A DNA stretch of 28,769 nt from Myxococcota bacterium. GTDB lineage: Bacteria > Myxococcota_A > UBA796 > CAJQPC01. The stretch is taken from assembly GCA_036012755.1 (NCBI GenBank), contig DASCPX010000146.1, positions 1-28,769 on the forward strand, written 5' to 3'. Below the pieces are notes generated by a model. The model saw only the letters and a list, made by a program, of their open reading frames with translations, ran no database searches and was not told the origin of the DNA. A program made the position numbers and the translations under genes. Positions 19,425-28,769 of this stretch are shown here, piece after piece (positions within the stretch are counted from its first letter, which is position 1; each line of letters begins with the position of its first letter).

Positions 19425-19471
19425 TTATTGACTGGTCAGTAACTCACAGTTACTTTCTGACTGGTCAGTAA
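19425..19471. promoter_or_regulatory. Twin 18-bp palindromic TetR operators, 29-bp period
   Basis: TTATTGACTGGTCAGTAA (19425-19442) and TTTCTGACTGGTCAGTAA (19454-19471), overlapping the -35 and the -10/+1 region. Confidence 0.8.
19428..19456 (+). promoter_or_regulatory. Sigma70-type promoter of the tetR-efflux operon
   Basis: TTGACT (19428-19433), 17-bp spacer, TACTTT (19451-19456); AAGGA RBS before ATG 19482. Confidence 0.75.
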
Positions 19472-19481
19472 GGAAAAACCC

Positions 19482-20063
19482 ATGTCACGTCCCCGAGAAG
19501 TCAGCGACGAGGAGATCCTCGATGCAGCGCGCCGGGTGTTCATCGAGCACGGTCCGAGCGTCGCCACCAGCGTCGTGGCGAAGGAGCTCGGGGTCTCGGC
19601 CCCGGCGCTCTTCCACCGCTTCGGGAGCAAGCGAGCCCTGCTCATCGCGGCGCTGAAGCCTCGCCGCTTCCCGATGTTCGAGCGCATGCAGGAGGGCTTC
19701 GCCACCGACACCTCCCTCGAGGTCCAGCTCCTCGAGATCGCAGAGGCTTTCGGGCGCTTCGCCAAGGAGCTCCACCCCTGCATGGGCATGGTGAGGGCAG
19801 CCGGCATCACGCCGGAGGAGATCTTCGCCTCCTACGACATCCCTCCGCCCCTGCGGGGAATGCAGGCCTTCTGCGCCTTCCTGCAGCAGGCACAGGACGC
19901 TGGGGCGATCCGGCCCGGCCCGGTCCTGCCCATGGCGCTGGCCTTCGTCGGCGGCATCCAGGGCCCGGTGTTCTTGTCCTTCCACCTCGGGCAGGAGGTG
20001 ATCGACATGGACGCCTACCGCCCCCAGATGGTCGCCAACTTCTGCAAGGGGGTGGCGGCATGA
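19482..20063 (+). CDS. TetR/AcrR family transcriptional regulator
   Basis: MSRPREVSDEEILDAARRVFIEHG...VAKELGVSAPALFHRFGSK. Confidence 0.93.
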   Translation: MSRPREVSDEEILDAARRVFIEHGPSVATSVVAKELGVSAPALFHRFGSKRALLIAALKPRRFPMFERMQEGFATDTSLEVQLLEIAEAFGRFAKELHPCMGMVRAAGITPEEIFASYDIPPPLRGMQAFCAFLQQAQDAGAIRPGPVLPMALAFVGGIQGPVFLSFHLGQEVIDMDAYRPQMVANFCKGVAA

Positions 20064-21409
20064 TCGCGGTCATCGTGCTCATGGGCGCCGGGTTCCGGAC
20101 GGAGCTGGCGGTGCCTGCCGAGGAGTTCTCGGTCGAGATCCCCGGGCAGGCCACCTCCCGGCCCTGGTGGGACTCCTTCGAGGACCCGACCTTGAGCGCC
20201 CTGGTGTCAGAGGGTCTCGACCACAACCTCGACGTCGCCGCAGCGGACGCCAGGGTGCGGGCAGCGAAGGCCAGGAGCTGGCAGAGCGCCTCGCCCGCGT
20301 TGCCATACGCACGCCTCGACGCCGGCATCCAGCGCATGCCATGTCAAAGCCTCGGCTACGACCCCTGCGCGATCGCCGCCGCGGCAGCCCAGGAGGACGC
20401 ACCCGACACCTACACCCAGGACAGCCTTGCCCTCGTGGCGGGTCTGAACGTCGATCTCTTCGGAGCCACCACGAACGCAGCGCTCGCCGCCCGCCTGGAG
20501 GCCCAGGCCGCCGCTGGAGACGCGGGCGCGCTCGAGCTCCTGGTGAGCACCCGGGTCGCGGGGGCCTGGTGGGATCTCTTGGTCGCCAGGGAGCAGCTGG
20601 CCATCGTCGAGGACCAGGTCGAGCTCCAAGAGGACCTGCTCGAGGTCAGCCGACTGCAGCTCGAGCGGGGCCTGGCGACGGGTCTGGATGTGCTCCAACA
20701 ACAGCAGCAGGTCGCCCTCGCGAGGGCCCAGGTGCCCACCGCGCGTGCAGGCCTGCGCCGGGCCGAGGCGGGCCTCGCGGCGCTGCTCGACCGGGACCCG
20801 ACACGCCCCATCGAGCTCGATGGGTCCTTGCCGATCGTGCCCGGGGCGCCTCCGACCGGGAGCCCCGCGGACCTCCTGCTGCGGCCTGATGTCGCCGCCG
20901 CCTCGAGCCGGGTCGAGGCAGCTCGCAAGCGCGAGAAGAGCGCCGCCCGCGCTGCCCTGCCCAGCCTGGGTGTGAGCGCCCAGACCGGGCGGACCGGCCA
21001 GGACATCCTCGAGCGGGACACGGTGGAGACCTGGTCCATGGGCGCCAGCGTGAGCGTGCCGCTGTTCGGCGGCGGGGTCCACGCGGCGGACGTCTCGGCA
21101 TCTCGCGCCGAGACCGACGCCCTCAGGCGCTCCGCAGAGGCCGCCTGGCTCCAGGCGGTGCAAGAGGTCGAGGTCGCCGTGGCTCTCGATGGCGACATGG
21201 TCGTTCTGGTGGAGTCCACAGAGGCGCTGCTCCAGGCCTCTGAGCTCGCCTACGAACAGGCCCGCCTGCGCTTCGCCGCCGGAGACGTGCCCTACCTGCA
21301 GGTCACCGCGGCCGCCGCCGCCCTCTACAACGCTCGGCTCTCCGAGCTCTCAGCCCGCCGGCAGGCCCTCGACGCCCGCCTCAGCCTGCACGCCGCCCTC
21401 GGGAGATGA
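20060..21409 (+). CDS. Outer membrane efflux factor (TolC/OprM/NodT family)
   Basis: WWDSFEDPTLSALVSEGLDHNLDV, PADLLLRPDVAAA, coiled-coil repeats; ATGA coupling to tetR. Confidence 0.9.
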   Translation: MIAVIVLMGAGFRTELAVPAEEFSVEIPGQATSRPWWDSFEDPTLSALVSEGLDHNLDVAAADARVRAAKARSWQSASPALPYARLDAGIQRMPCQSLGYDPCAIAAAAAQEDAPDTYTQDSLALVAGLNVDLFGATTNAALAARLEAQAAAGDAGALELLVSTRVAGAWWDLLVAREQLAIVEDQVELQEDLLEVSRLQLERGLATGLDVLQQQQQVALARAQVPTARAGLRRAEAGLAALLDRDPTRPIELDGSLPIVPGAPPTGSPADLLLRPDVAAASSRVEAARKREKSAARAALPSLGVSAQTGRTGQDILERDTVETWSMGASVSVPLFGGGVHAADVSASRAETDALRRSAEAAWLQAVQEVEVAVALDGDMVVLVESTEALLQASELAYEQARLRFAAGDVPYLQVTAAAAALYNARLSELSARRQALDARLSLHAALGR

Positions 21410-22533
21410 CCTTGCGTTTCTTCAAGAACTGGCTCGCCGCCCCGCTGTTCATCCTGGTCGGTGTCCTCGTCGCCGCCGTCCTGTTCCTCACCAAGAGCAG
21501 GGACGCCCGCTCGGAGGTCGAGCGCAAGGTCCCGCTGGTCGAGGTCGTGGCTCCCGAGATGGGCACTTTCTCTGCCCGCATCCCGACCACTGGAGTCGTG
21601 GAGCCGAGCCAGCAGATCGTGGTCATGCCACAGGTCTCTGGCGCCATCGTCTACGTCTCCGAGGAGCTCGTCCCGGGCGGTCGGGCGAGCAGGGGGACGG
21701 CGCTCGCACGCGTCGATCCGCGGGACTACGAGCTCGCCATCGACCAGGAGACGAGCCGGGTCCGGCAGGCCGAGCTCGATCTGCAGCTGGAGCTCGGTCG
21801 GCAGGACATCGCCGAGCGTGAGTGGCAGCTCCTCGGCGGGGAAGGGGAGCCCGACCTGGCCTTGCGCCGCCCCCACCTGGCCAGCGCGGAGCAGGCCCTC
21901 GCGTCAGCCCGCGGGAGCCTCGAGCGTGCGGAGCTCGCGCTGTCGCGGACGGCGCTGCGGGCTCCCTTCGACGCAGTAGTGCTCAGCGAGTCGGTCGACG
22001 TCGGCCAGGTCGTCGGTCCCAGCTCGCAGGTGGCCGTCCTCGCCGGGACCGACGCCGCGTGGCTGCGCGTGCCGGTCGCCGTCGAGGATCTCGCCCGCAT
22101 CGAGATCCCAGGAGCCCGAGCCGAGATCGTACAGACCTACGCTGGCGCCGAGCACCTCCGCGAAGGTCGAGTCATCCGGCTCGAGGGACAGCTCGACGCG
22201 GCCTCGCGCACGGCGACGCTGCTCGTCGAGGTCCCAGATCCTCTCGACCCCCCGGGGGGAGGCCTGCCGCTGCTCTTCGGCAGCTTCGTCGAGGTCATCG
22301 TCGAGGGGGTAGAGGTGGAGGTCGCTCGGGTACCCCGCGGAGCTGTCGAGGACGGCATCGCCACCGTCGCGGACGCCGAGGATCAGCTGCAGCTCAGGGA
22401 GGTCCAGCGGGGCTGGACGGACGAGGATGACGCCTACCTCCTCGGTGGGCTCGTGCAGGGCGATCGGGTCGTGGTCTCCAGTCTGCGCTTCCCCGTCGAG
22501 GGCATGGCCCTGCGCATCGAGGAGGCCAAGTGA
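21406..22533 (+). CDS. RND efflux periplasmic adaptor (membrane fusion protein)
   Basis: N-terminal TM anchor; VMPQVSGAI, LARVDPRDYELA, RTALRAPFDAVV, LDAASRT. Confidence 0.92.
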   Translation: MTLRFFKNWLAAPLFILVGVLVAAVLFLTKSRDARSEVERKVPLVEVVAPEMGTFSARIPTTGVVEPSQQIVVMPQVSGAIVYVSEELVPGGRASRGTALARVDPRDYELAIDQETSRVRQAELDLQLELGRQDIAEREWQLLGGEGEPDLALRRPHLASAEQALASARGSLERAELALSRTALRAPFDAVVLSESVDVGQVVGPSSQVAVLAGTDAAWLRVPVAVEDLARIEIPGARAEIVQTYAGAEHLREGRVIRLEGQLDAASRTATLLVEVPDPLDPPGGGLPLLFGSFVEVIVEGVEVEVARVPRGAVEDGIATVADAEDQLQLREVQRGWTDEDDAYLLGGLVQGDRVVVSSLRFPVEGMALRIEEAK

Positions 22534-25500
22534 GGACCGCCATCGCGTGGATGGCGAACAACAGCGTCGCCGCCAACCTCCTGATGTTCGTCCTGATCGT
22601 CGGCGGCCTCTTCGGCATCGGCCGCGTCACCCAGGAGGTGTTCCCCGCCTTCCAGATGGACGCGGTCAGCGTCTCGGTCGTCTACCCGGGCGCCTCGCCA
22701 GAGGACGTCGAGCAGGCCATCGTCCTCGCCATCGAGGATCGGCTGCGCGCGCTGGACGGTGTGAAGCGGGTCAGCTCCACGAGCGCCGAGGGCGCCGGAG
22801 CGGTCACCGCGGAGCTGCTCATCGACGCCGATCCGGACCGGGTGCTCTCGGACATCAAGACCGAGGTGGACCGCATCCAGTCCTTCCCGCTGGAGGCGGA
22901 GAAACCCCAGGTGCGGCTCATCACGAGCCCCCGCGAGGTCGTCAGCGTCGTCATCGCCGGGGACCAGTCGACCTCCACCCTCCACGCCCTCGCGGAGGAG
23001 GTGCGGTCACGCATGCTGGCGACCGGTGAGATCACCCAGGTCGAGATCATCGGCGTGCCGCCCCTGGAGGTCTCGATCGAGATCGATCGGGCCACGCTCG
23101 ATGCCTACGACCTGACCCTCGGCGAGGTCGCCGCCCAGGTCGGCCGCGCCAGCCAACAGATCCCCGGCGGCGAGATCGACACCGACGGCGGCAAGGTCCT
23201 CGTGCGTGTGGCGGACCGGGCCGCGACGGCCCAGGACTTCAGGGACATCCCCATCCGCGCCAGCCCCACTGGCGCGGAGGTCAGGCTCGGCGACATCGCA
23301 ACGATAATAGATGGTTACGAGGACACCGACCAGGCCAGCTCCTTCAACGGCCAGCCCGCCGTGCGGGTCACGGCCTACCGGGTCGGCGACGAGACCCCGA
23401 CCAGCGTCGCCGCCGCGGCCCGTGGTGTCCGCGACGATCTCGCCACCGAGTGGCCCGACGACATCGATCTGAGCATCTGGAACGACCAGAGCGTGCTGCT
23501 CGAGGGCCGCATCGACCTCCTCCTCCGCAACGCGCGGCTGGGGCTCTTGCTCGTCTTCATCATCCTCGCCCTGTTCCTCGACCTGCGCTTGGCCTTCTGG
23601 GTCGGTCTGGGCATCCCGATCAGCTTCCTCGGCACCTTCTTCCTGATGCCCGGGCTCGACCTGACCGTGAACATGGTCAGCCTCTTCGCCTTCATCGTCA
23701 CCCTGGGGCTGGTGGTCGACGACGCCATCATCGTCGGCGAGAACGCCTACAAGAAACACGAGGAGGGCTTGGACTGGCCCGAAGCGGCGGTCGAGGGGGC
23801 CAAGGAGATGGCGGTCCCGGTGACCTTCGCCATCCTCACCACCGTCGCCGCCTTCTCTCCGCTGTTCTTCGTGCCCGGCTTCATCGGCAAGATCTTCAGC
23901 ATCATCCCCGCCGTCGCCTGCACGGTGCTCCTGTTCTCGCTGATCGAGAGCTTCTTCATCCTGCCGGCTCACCTCTCTCACGAGGGTCGCCTCGCCAGCC
24001 TCGGCGTCTTCAAGCCCGTCCATCGCGTGCAGGCTTTTGTCTCCGACTGGCTGCAGTACTTCATCCGCGAGCGCTTCGCGCCCTTGCTCAGGTTCACCAT
24101 CGAGTGGCGCCGCGCCACCGTCGGCGTCGCCATCGGCGTCTTCGTCCTCACCATCGGACTGGTCGCCAGCGGCAGGGTGCCCTTCTCCTTCTTCCCGAAG
24201 CTCGAGGGCGAGGTCGTCACGGCCTCGGCGCGCCTCCCCTACGGCGCCCCACTGGACGACACGCTTGCCGTGCGCGATGCGATCGAGAGCAGCCTCGCCA
24301 GCCTCGACCCAGACTATGGCGAGGGCGTCGTGGGTGTCTTCACCCGCGTCGGGGAGGGGCCGGTCATCAGGGGCCCCGGCGGCGGTCCCCCTTCCACCGG
24401 AAGCCACCTCGTCACCCTGGAGCTCCAGCTCGTCGCCAGCGACGACCGCGAGTTCTCCAGCAAGGACCTCGCCGATGCCTGGTCCGCAGCCACCCCCGAG
24501 CTCGTTGGGGTCGAGGCCCTCAGCTTCAACAGCTCCTCGGGCCCCGGCGCCGGAGCCGCCGTCGATGTCGTCGTGTCCCACGAGGACGAGGAGACCCTCG
24601 CCGCCGCCAGCGACCGGGTCGCCGAGATCCTGGGCAGCTTCGGGGACCTCGACCAGGTCGAGAACACCTACGCCGCCGGCAAGCCCCGGCTCGACCACGT
24701 GCTCCTGCCGCGTGCCGAGCAGGTGGGCCTCAGCACGCAGGACGTCGGACACCAGCTGCGGGCTGCCTTCTTCGGGGCCGAGGCCCTTCGCGAGCAGCGC
24801 GGACGCAACGAGGTGAAGGTGATGGTCCGCTTGCCGGCTGACCAGCGGCAGAGCCTGGAGGACCTCGAGCAGCTGCGACTGCGAACGCCGTCACGCGGCA
24901 GCGTGCCCTTCAGCTACGTCGCCGAGGCCAGCCGGTCCCGGGCGCCGACCTCGATCCAGCGCGAAGACGGCCGTCGCAAGGTCAACGTGAAGGCGGAGCT
25001 CGCCCCCGGGATCAGGTCCAACCAGGACGCCATCGGCAGCCTGGAGCGAGAGGTCTTTCCCCAGCTCTTGGACGAGTTCCCCGGCCTCGAGCTCTCCTTC
25101 GCCGGCACCCAGCGCAGCCAGGAGGAGGTCACCGGGAGCCTGGGACCGAACTACCGGCTCGCCCTGTTCGCGATCTTTGCGCTCCTGGCGATCCCCTTCC
25201 GGAGCTACAAGCAGCCCCTGTTGATCATGGCCGTCATCCCCTTCGGCTTCGTCGGAGCTGTCTTCGGCCACATGGTGATGGGCTACGAGCTGAGCATCAT
25301 CAGCATGTTCGGGGTGGTCGCGCTGACCGGTGTCGTCATCAACGACAGCCTCGTGCTCATCGACGCGACCAACAAGAAGCTGGCGGAGGGAGCGACGCCG
25401 CTGGATGCCATCGTCTACGGCGCCACCCGCCGCTTCCGGCCGATCCTCCTGACCTCGTTGACGACCTTTTTCGGGCTCTTTCCGATGATCCTGGAGACCT

Positions 25501-25697
25501 CGGTCCAGGCACGGTTCCTCATCCCCATGGCGATCTCCCTCGGCTTCGGCGTGCTCTTCGCGACCGTCATCGTGCTGCTGTTGATCCCCTCCTTGTTCGT
25601 CCTGATGGACGACGTGGAGCGGCTCTTTGCCCGGGTCTGGCAGAGGATCGTCGCTCGACGACAAATGGGACGTGATCTCCGCTCCATTCATAGGTAG
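22530..25697 (+). CDS. RND efflux transporter permease (AcrB/AcrD/AcrF family)
   Basis: 1055 aa; VYPGASPEDVE, LGLVVDDAIIVGEN, GVVINDSLVLID, RRFRPILLTSLTT, QARFLIPMAISLGFG. Confidence 0.96.
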   Translation: MRTAIAWMANNSVAANLLMFVLIVGGLFGIGRVTQEVFPAFQMDAVSVSVVYPGASPEDVEQAIVLAIEDRLRALDGVKRVSSTSAEGAGAVTAELLIDADPDRVLSDIKTEVDRIQSFPLEAEKPQVRLITSPREVVSVVIAGDQSTSTLHALAEEVRSRMLATGEITQVEIIGVPPLEVSIEIDRATLDAYDLTLGEVAAQVGRASQQIPGGEIDTDGGKVLVRVADRAATAQDFRDIPIRASPTGAEVRLGDIATIIDGYEDTDQASSFNGQPAVRVTAYRVGDETPTSVAAAARGVRDDLATEWPDDIDLSIWNDQSVLLEGRIDLLLRNARLGLLLVFIILALFLDLRLAFWVGLGIPISFLGTFFLMPGLDLTVNMVSLFAFIVTLGLVVDDAIIVGENAYKKHEEGLDWPEAAVEGAKEMAVPVTFAILTTVAAFSPLFFVPGFIGKIFSIIPAVACTVLLFSLIESFFILPAHLSHEGRLASLGVFKPVHRVQAFVSDWLQYFIRERFAPLLRFTIEWRRATVGVAIGVFVLTIGLVASGRVPFSFFPKLEGEVVTASARLPYGAPLDDTLAVRDAIESSLASLDPDYGEGVVGVFTRVGEGPVIRGPGGGPPSTGSHLVTLELQLVASDDREFSSKDLADAWSAATPELVGVEALSFNSSSGPGAGAAVDVVVSHEDEETLAAASDRVAEILGSFGDLDQVENTYAAGKPRLDHVLLPRAEQVGLSTQDVGHQLRAAFFGAEALREQRGRNEVKVMVRLPADQRQSLEDLEQLRLRTPSRGSVPFSYVAEASRSRAPTSIQREDGRRKVNVKAELAPGIRSNQDAIGSLEREVFPQLLDEFPGLELSFAGTQRSQEEVTGSLGPNYRLALFAIFALLAIPFRSYKQPLLIMAVIPFGFVGAVFGHMVMGYELSIISMFGVVALTGVVINDSLVLIDATNKKLAEGATPLDAIVYGATRRFRPILLTSLTTFFGLFPMILETSVQARFLIPMAISLGFGVLFATVIVLLLIPSLFVLMDDVERLFARVWQRIVARRQMGRDLRSIHR

Positions 25698-25725
25698 GTT
25701 GTCGTTGAGGTAATGAAGCTAGTCC

Positions 25726-28533
25726 ATGTCCCGTACCGACCGTCGCGATGGCAGCGTCGGGCGTGGATCGGAGGATTCTCCGATCATCGCTCGGCCCCGT
25801 GGTCGGCGCGAGGGGGATGGTGTCACGCAGTCCGCACAGCAGGCCATTGGTGCGGAATCACACGCTGCGTTGACCTCCTCCTTGCAGTCCGTCTTTGGCA
25901 ACACCGAGGTCGTCTCAGCCCTCTCTGGGGATGCGCTCGAAGGACCGAGCCGCATCATCCAGGCGGCGATGACGCTTGGTGTTGCGGGGCTCGAAGTCCC
26001 CACCTCGATAGAGGGCCTGATGCCGAACGGCGTCGTCACCGGCTGGATCGACCAGCACGGAAACGGCGAGATGTCGGCCCCGGAACTCGCCGCTCGACGC
26101 GCCACAGGGGAATCCGAGGAGTTCGCCGAAGACGCGGACCACCGCCTCCGCACGGCCACCCGGCGTGGCGGACGTCCCCTACCGGCTGAGCTGAGACAGC
26201 GCCTGGAGCAGAGCTTCGGGGGTATCGACTTCTCGGACGTGCGGCTGCACCTCGACGGCTCGGCGTCGGCTGCGTCCAGGGCGATCCACGCCCGGGCCTT
26301 CACCTTGGGCCAGGACATCTTCTTCAACGCCCGCGGCCTGAACCTGGCCTCGTCCGAGGACCAGGAGCTGCTGCTCCACGAGCTGACCCACGTGGTCCAG
26401 CACCTCGAGGGACGCCTGCGCGCCACCCCTGGCAGCGACAGCACAGAGGGCGGCCTCGCCGTGTCCTCGCCGACCGACAGCTCCGAGCGAGAGGCCGTGA
26501 GCACCGCCGCTGGCCTGGCGCCGAGCTTCGACGCGCCCGTCGACGCCCCTGCGGTCGAGGCCGAGGCTGCGCCTTCGGTGGAGCCCTCCTCTGAGGCCCC
26601 CGCCGCGCGCACGGTCGAGAACCCCAACAGCAACGAAGGGGACAGCAACTACGCGGATCCGACCAACACCCGGACCCACGGCTCCGTCCAGGAGCAGAAG
26701 CAGTCCCAGCAGGTCGAGGCCTGGCGCAAGGACGTCCTGACGGCCACCACCCAGCTCGAGGCCCTGCAGAAGCAGCTCGAGGGCTGGGAGTCCCTCTCCG
26801 AGCCGGAGCAGGAGAAGCTCTTCACCGAGATCGTCACCTTCGCTGTCAAGGTCATCCAGCTCGGTCTCGTCGTGCTCGAGACCGCCATGGACTTCGAGGG
26901 CGAGGGCATCACCTTCGGCGGCAAGCTCATGGCCGTCGGGGCGCTGACCGCGCTGGTCGCTGGCGCGCTGGGTGAGTCTGCCAGCCTGGACACGCTCCAG
27001 GGCGAGGGCACGCTAGAGGACAGCGAGCGAGCGAACGACGCCGTCGATGCGGGCTTCGAGTCCTTCACGGCCTGGGTGCTGGAGGGCAACGTCGGGGGCC
27101 TCGACGACAAGCCGGCCCTGTCCCGCATCCTGCTCGGCGGCATCCGCATGATGGGCCTGCTCGATGGCTTCATGAGCTGGATCGCATCGCTGCGAGTGGA
27201 GAAGGCCGACCCGAAGGAGCCGCCCACGGACCGGAAGCGTCGCCTGGCGGCCCAGGCCACGGACGACAAGGCCGACCAGCAGTCCCAGCTCAACAGCTTC
27301 GCCTCCAGGGTCGAGGCCCTGCGCGAGGTCGCCAGTCGCGGTGGTCCCGGCCGCGGGGATCGCGGCACCCAGGAGGCTGCCACCAAGGAAGAGGCTCCGA
27401 AGTCCGTCCAGACCGCGGACTCCGAGCTCGCCGAGATCCAGCGCTACGGCCTCGAGTCGGCTGTCATCGGAACAAAGGGCGCCGTGCTCCGAAACGACCG
27501 CATGGCGGCCCCCCACACCTGGGTGGCCAGGCTGGACACGGGGGTCCGCGTGGGCTTCCAGGCCCCCACGCGAGAGTGGGTGCGCCTGCTGGTCCTCGAC
27601 GGTCCGCACAAGGGCAAGTGGGGCTACGTCGCCCACCACGCGGTCAACGCCCAGCGCTCTGAGCCCGCCCGGGCCGAGGCGAAGTCCGAGAGCGGCGCGG
27701 CCCAGATGCGACGGGGCCGTGGCAAGCGGGATCGAAAGGCGACGGCTCGAAAGCCAGGTGGTGGCGGCCAGGCCCTTCCGGGCGACCTCGCCCAGCTCTT
27801 CCGGCCGATCCTCGGTGACGCGGTCGACGATGTCCGCGTCCACACAGACGGCCCCTCGGCGAACTTCGCCGAGTCCCTCGCCGCCACGGCGGTCACGGTG
27901 GGGAAGAGCATCTACTTCCGGCGCGGCGCCTTCCAGGCTGGCAGCAAGACCGGTCGGGACCTCATCGCCCACGAGCTGCACCACGCGGTCTTTGGTGGCG
28001 GCGAGGCCGGCGTCAGCCAGCCGGGTGACGCCCACGAGCGCGAGGCCGATCGCTTCGCAGAGGCGCTGACGACGGGCGGCCTCATCGAGGCGGTGGACAG
28101 CCTGCTCGGCGGGCACAGCGAGGGCCCCAGCGGCGCCCACGGCCAGCACATCCACCCGAGGCGGGCGCTGGCGGCCATCAGCGGGAGCGTGCCGTCGTCG
28201 ATCGTTCGCCACCTCGGCGACGCGCTCGGCGTGTCCCAGGGTTCGGGCCAGGAGCCCGGAGCCCCCGGTGTGGGCCTGCGTGAGCTGGGTGTCGGCGGGA
28301 CCCCCGAGCCGATGCGTCCCCCGGGGTTGATGCAGCCGGCGACCTGGCAGAGCCCCCGAGAGGACACCGCCAACCGCAAGGCCAGCCCCGAAGAGGCGCT
28401 GATGCGCGTCGGCGCGGACAGCCCCGCCGTGGTCGACAAGCTCACGAGCTCCTTCGGCTCGAGCGAAAAGGACCAGGCCCCCAGCACAGAGGACATCTTC
28501 TCTCGCAAGCCCGAGGGCGGTGGCGAGGGCTAG
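25726..28533 (+). CDS. Tandem DUF4157 (eCIS core domain, HExxH) protein with SH3-like domain
   Basis: Domain 1 (about 26167-26410) GRPLP...DFSDVRLH...ARAFTLGQDIFF...LLLHELTHVVQ; domain 2 (about 27760-27990) DDVRVHTD...AVTVGKSIYF...LIAHELHH; each followed by VSxPxDxxEREA; SH3b-like EWVRL...GKWGYV (about 27478-27648). Confidence 0.88.
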   Translation: MSRTDRRDGSVGRGSEDSPIIARPRGRREGDGVTQSAQQAIGAESHAALTSSLQSVFGNTEVVSALSGDALEGPSRIIQAAMTLGVAGLEVPTSIEGLMPNGVVTGWIDQHGNGEMSAPELAARRATGESEEFAEDADHRLRTATRRGGRPLPAELRQRLEQSFGGIDFSDVRLHLDGSASAASRAIHARAFTLGQDIFFNARGLNLASSEDQELLLHELTHVVQHLEGRLRATPGSDSTEGGLAVSSPTDSSEREAVSTAAGLAPSFDAPVDAPAVEAEAAPSVEPSSEAPAARTVENPNSNEGDSNYADPTNTRTHGSVQEQKQSQQVEAWRKDVLTATTQLEALQKQLEGWESLSEPEQEKLFTEIVTFAVKVIQLGLVVLETAMDFEGEGITFGGKLMAVGALTALVAGALGESASLDTLQGEGTLEDSERANDAVDAGFESFTAWVLEGNVGGLDDKPALSRILLGGIRMMGLLDGFMSWIASLRVEKADPKEPPTDRKRRLAAQATDDKADQQSQLNSFASRVEALREVASRGGPGRGDRGTQEAATKEEAPKSVQTADSELAEIQRYGLESAVIGTKGAVLRNDRMAAPHTWVARLDTGVRVGFQAPTREWVRLLVLDGPHKGKWGYVAHHAVNAQRSEPARAEAKSESGAAQMRRGRGKRDRKATARKPGGGGQALPGDLAQLFRPILGDAVDDVRVHTDGPSANFAESLAATAVTVGKSIYFRRGAFQAGSKTGRDLIAHELHHAVFGGGEAGVSQPGDAHEREADRFAEALTTGGLIEAVDSLLGGHSEGPSGAHGQHIHPRRALAAISGSVPSSIVRHLGDALGVSQGSGQEPGAPGVGLRELGVGGTPEPMRPPGLMQPATWQSPREDTANRKASPEEALMRVGADSPAVVDKLTSSFGSSEKDQAPSTEDIFSRKPEGGGEG

Positions 28534-28769
28534 GAGGAGGGGCCCACGCCCTTCTGGACCAGCCAGCAGGCGGTAGGAGAATCTTCGGACAAATCGGCCA
28601 TGCTAGAAGCCGGCAATGGCGAGACGAAACCAGCACTGTCCGAAAACGAAAGACGCGAGTTGTACAGCTACTATGCGGAGTACTCTCTCCTCCTTGGGTT
28701 CCGACGCGCCGGCATCGACCTCAAGAGCCTCCAGCAGGACCCTGATGCAGTCGATCTGGCGGATGTAAC
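28534..28769 (+). other. In-frame open continuation of the DUF4157 gene, or a separate 3'-truncated CDS from ATG 28600
   Basis: 78 sense codons after the TAG in the same frame (EEGPTPFWTSQQAVGESSDKSAMLEAG...RRELYSYYAEYSLLLGFRRAGIDLKSLQQD...), running off the window. Confidence 0.45.

Noticed and set aside
19274..19471. 65-aa ORF between eutL and tetR
   Set aside because: No RBS, no coding-like composition, and it runs through the promoter and operators.
17060..24841. Long alternative ORFs (526, 581, 463 aa and others) over eut and RND genes
   Set aside because: Overlap well-supported genes; low-complexity shadow translations.
28531..28533. Pyrrolysine or genome-wide TAG recoding
   Set aside because: TAG ends several well-defined genes here (eutL, dehydratase-like, methyltransferase) and no pyl genes are in the window.

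Overview
High-GC, gene-dense bacterial chromosomal segment; the gene content (DUF4157 protein, CoA-activase operon, eutBCL) suggests a Myxococcota-like organism (inference). About 21 real genes, in order: a 5'-truncated large HEAT-repeat/helical protein, an NBR1-Ig-like lipoprotein, a two-zinc-site protein, a SAM methyltransferase, a secreted START-like protein, an enoyl-CoA hydratase coupled to a divergent RlmN-like radical SAM enzyme, a GT-C membrane glycosyltransferase coupled to a GH15 hydrolase, a two-gene CoA-activase/dehydratase-like operon with PlsA/PlsR (ether lipid/plasmalogen) architecture and a divergent TetR with palindromic operator, a stand-alone cNMP-binding protein divergent from a minimal eutB-eutC-eutL operon, a TetR-OMF-MFP-RND efflux operon with a clear sigma70 promoter and twin operators, and a tandem-DUF4157/SH3-like protein whose frame stays open past its TAG to the window edge. 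No rRNA, tRNA, CRISPR array or mobile element seen. Best leads: the PlsA/PlsR-like operon beside ethanolamine catabolism genes, the one-shell-gene eut module with a probable encapsulation peptide, ultra-short signal peptides, and a palindromic bidirectional promoter. All product calls come from motif recognition by eye, not database searches.
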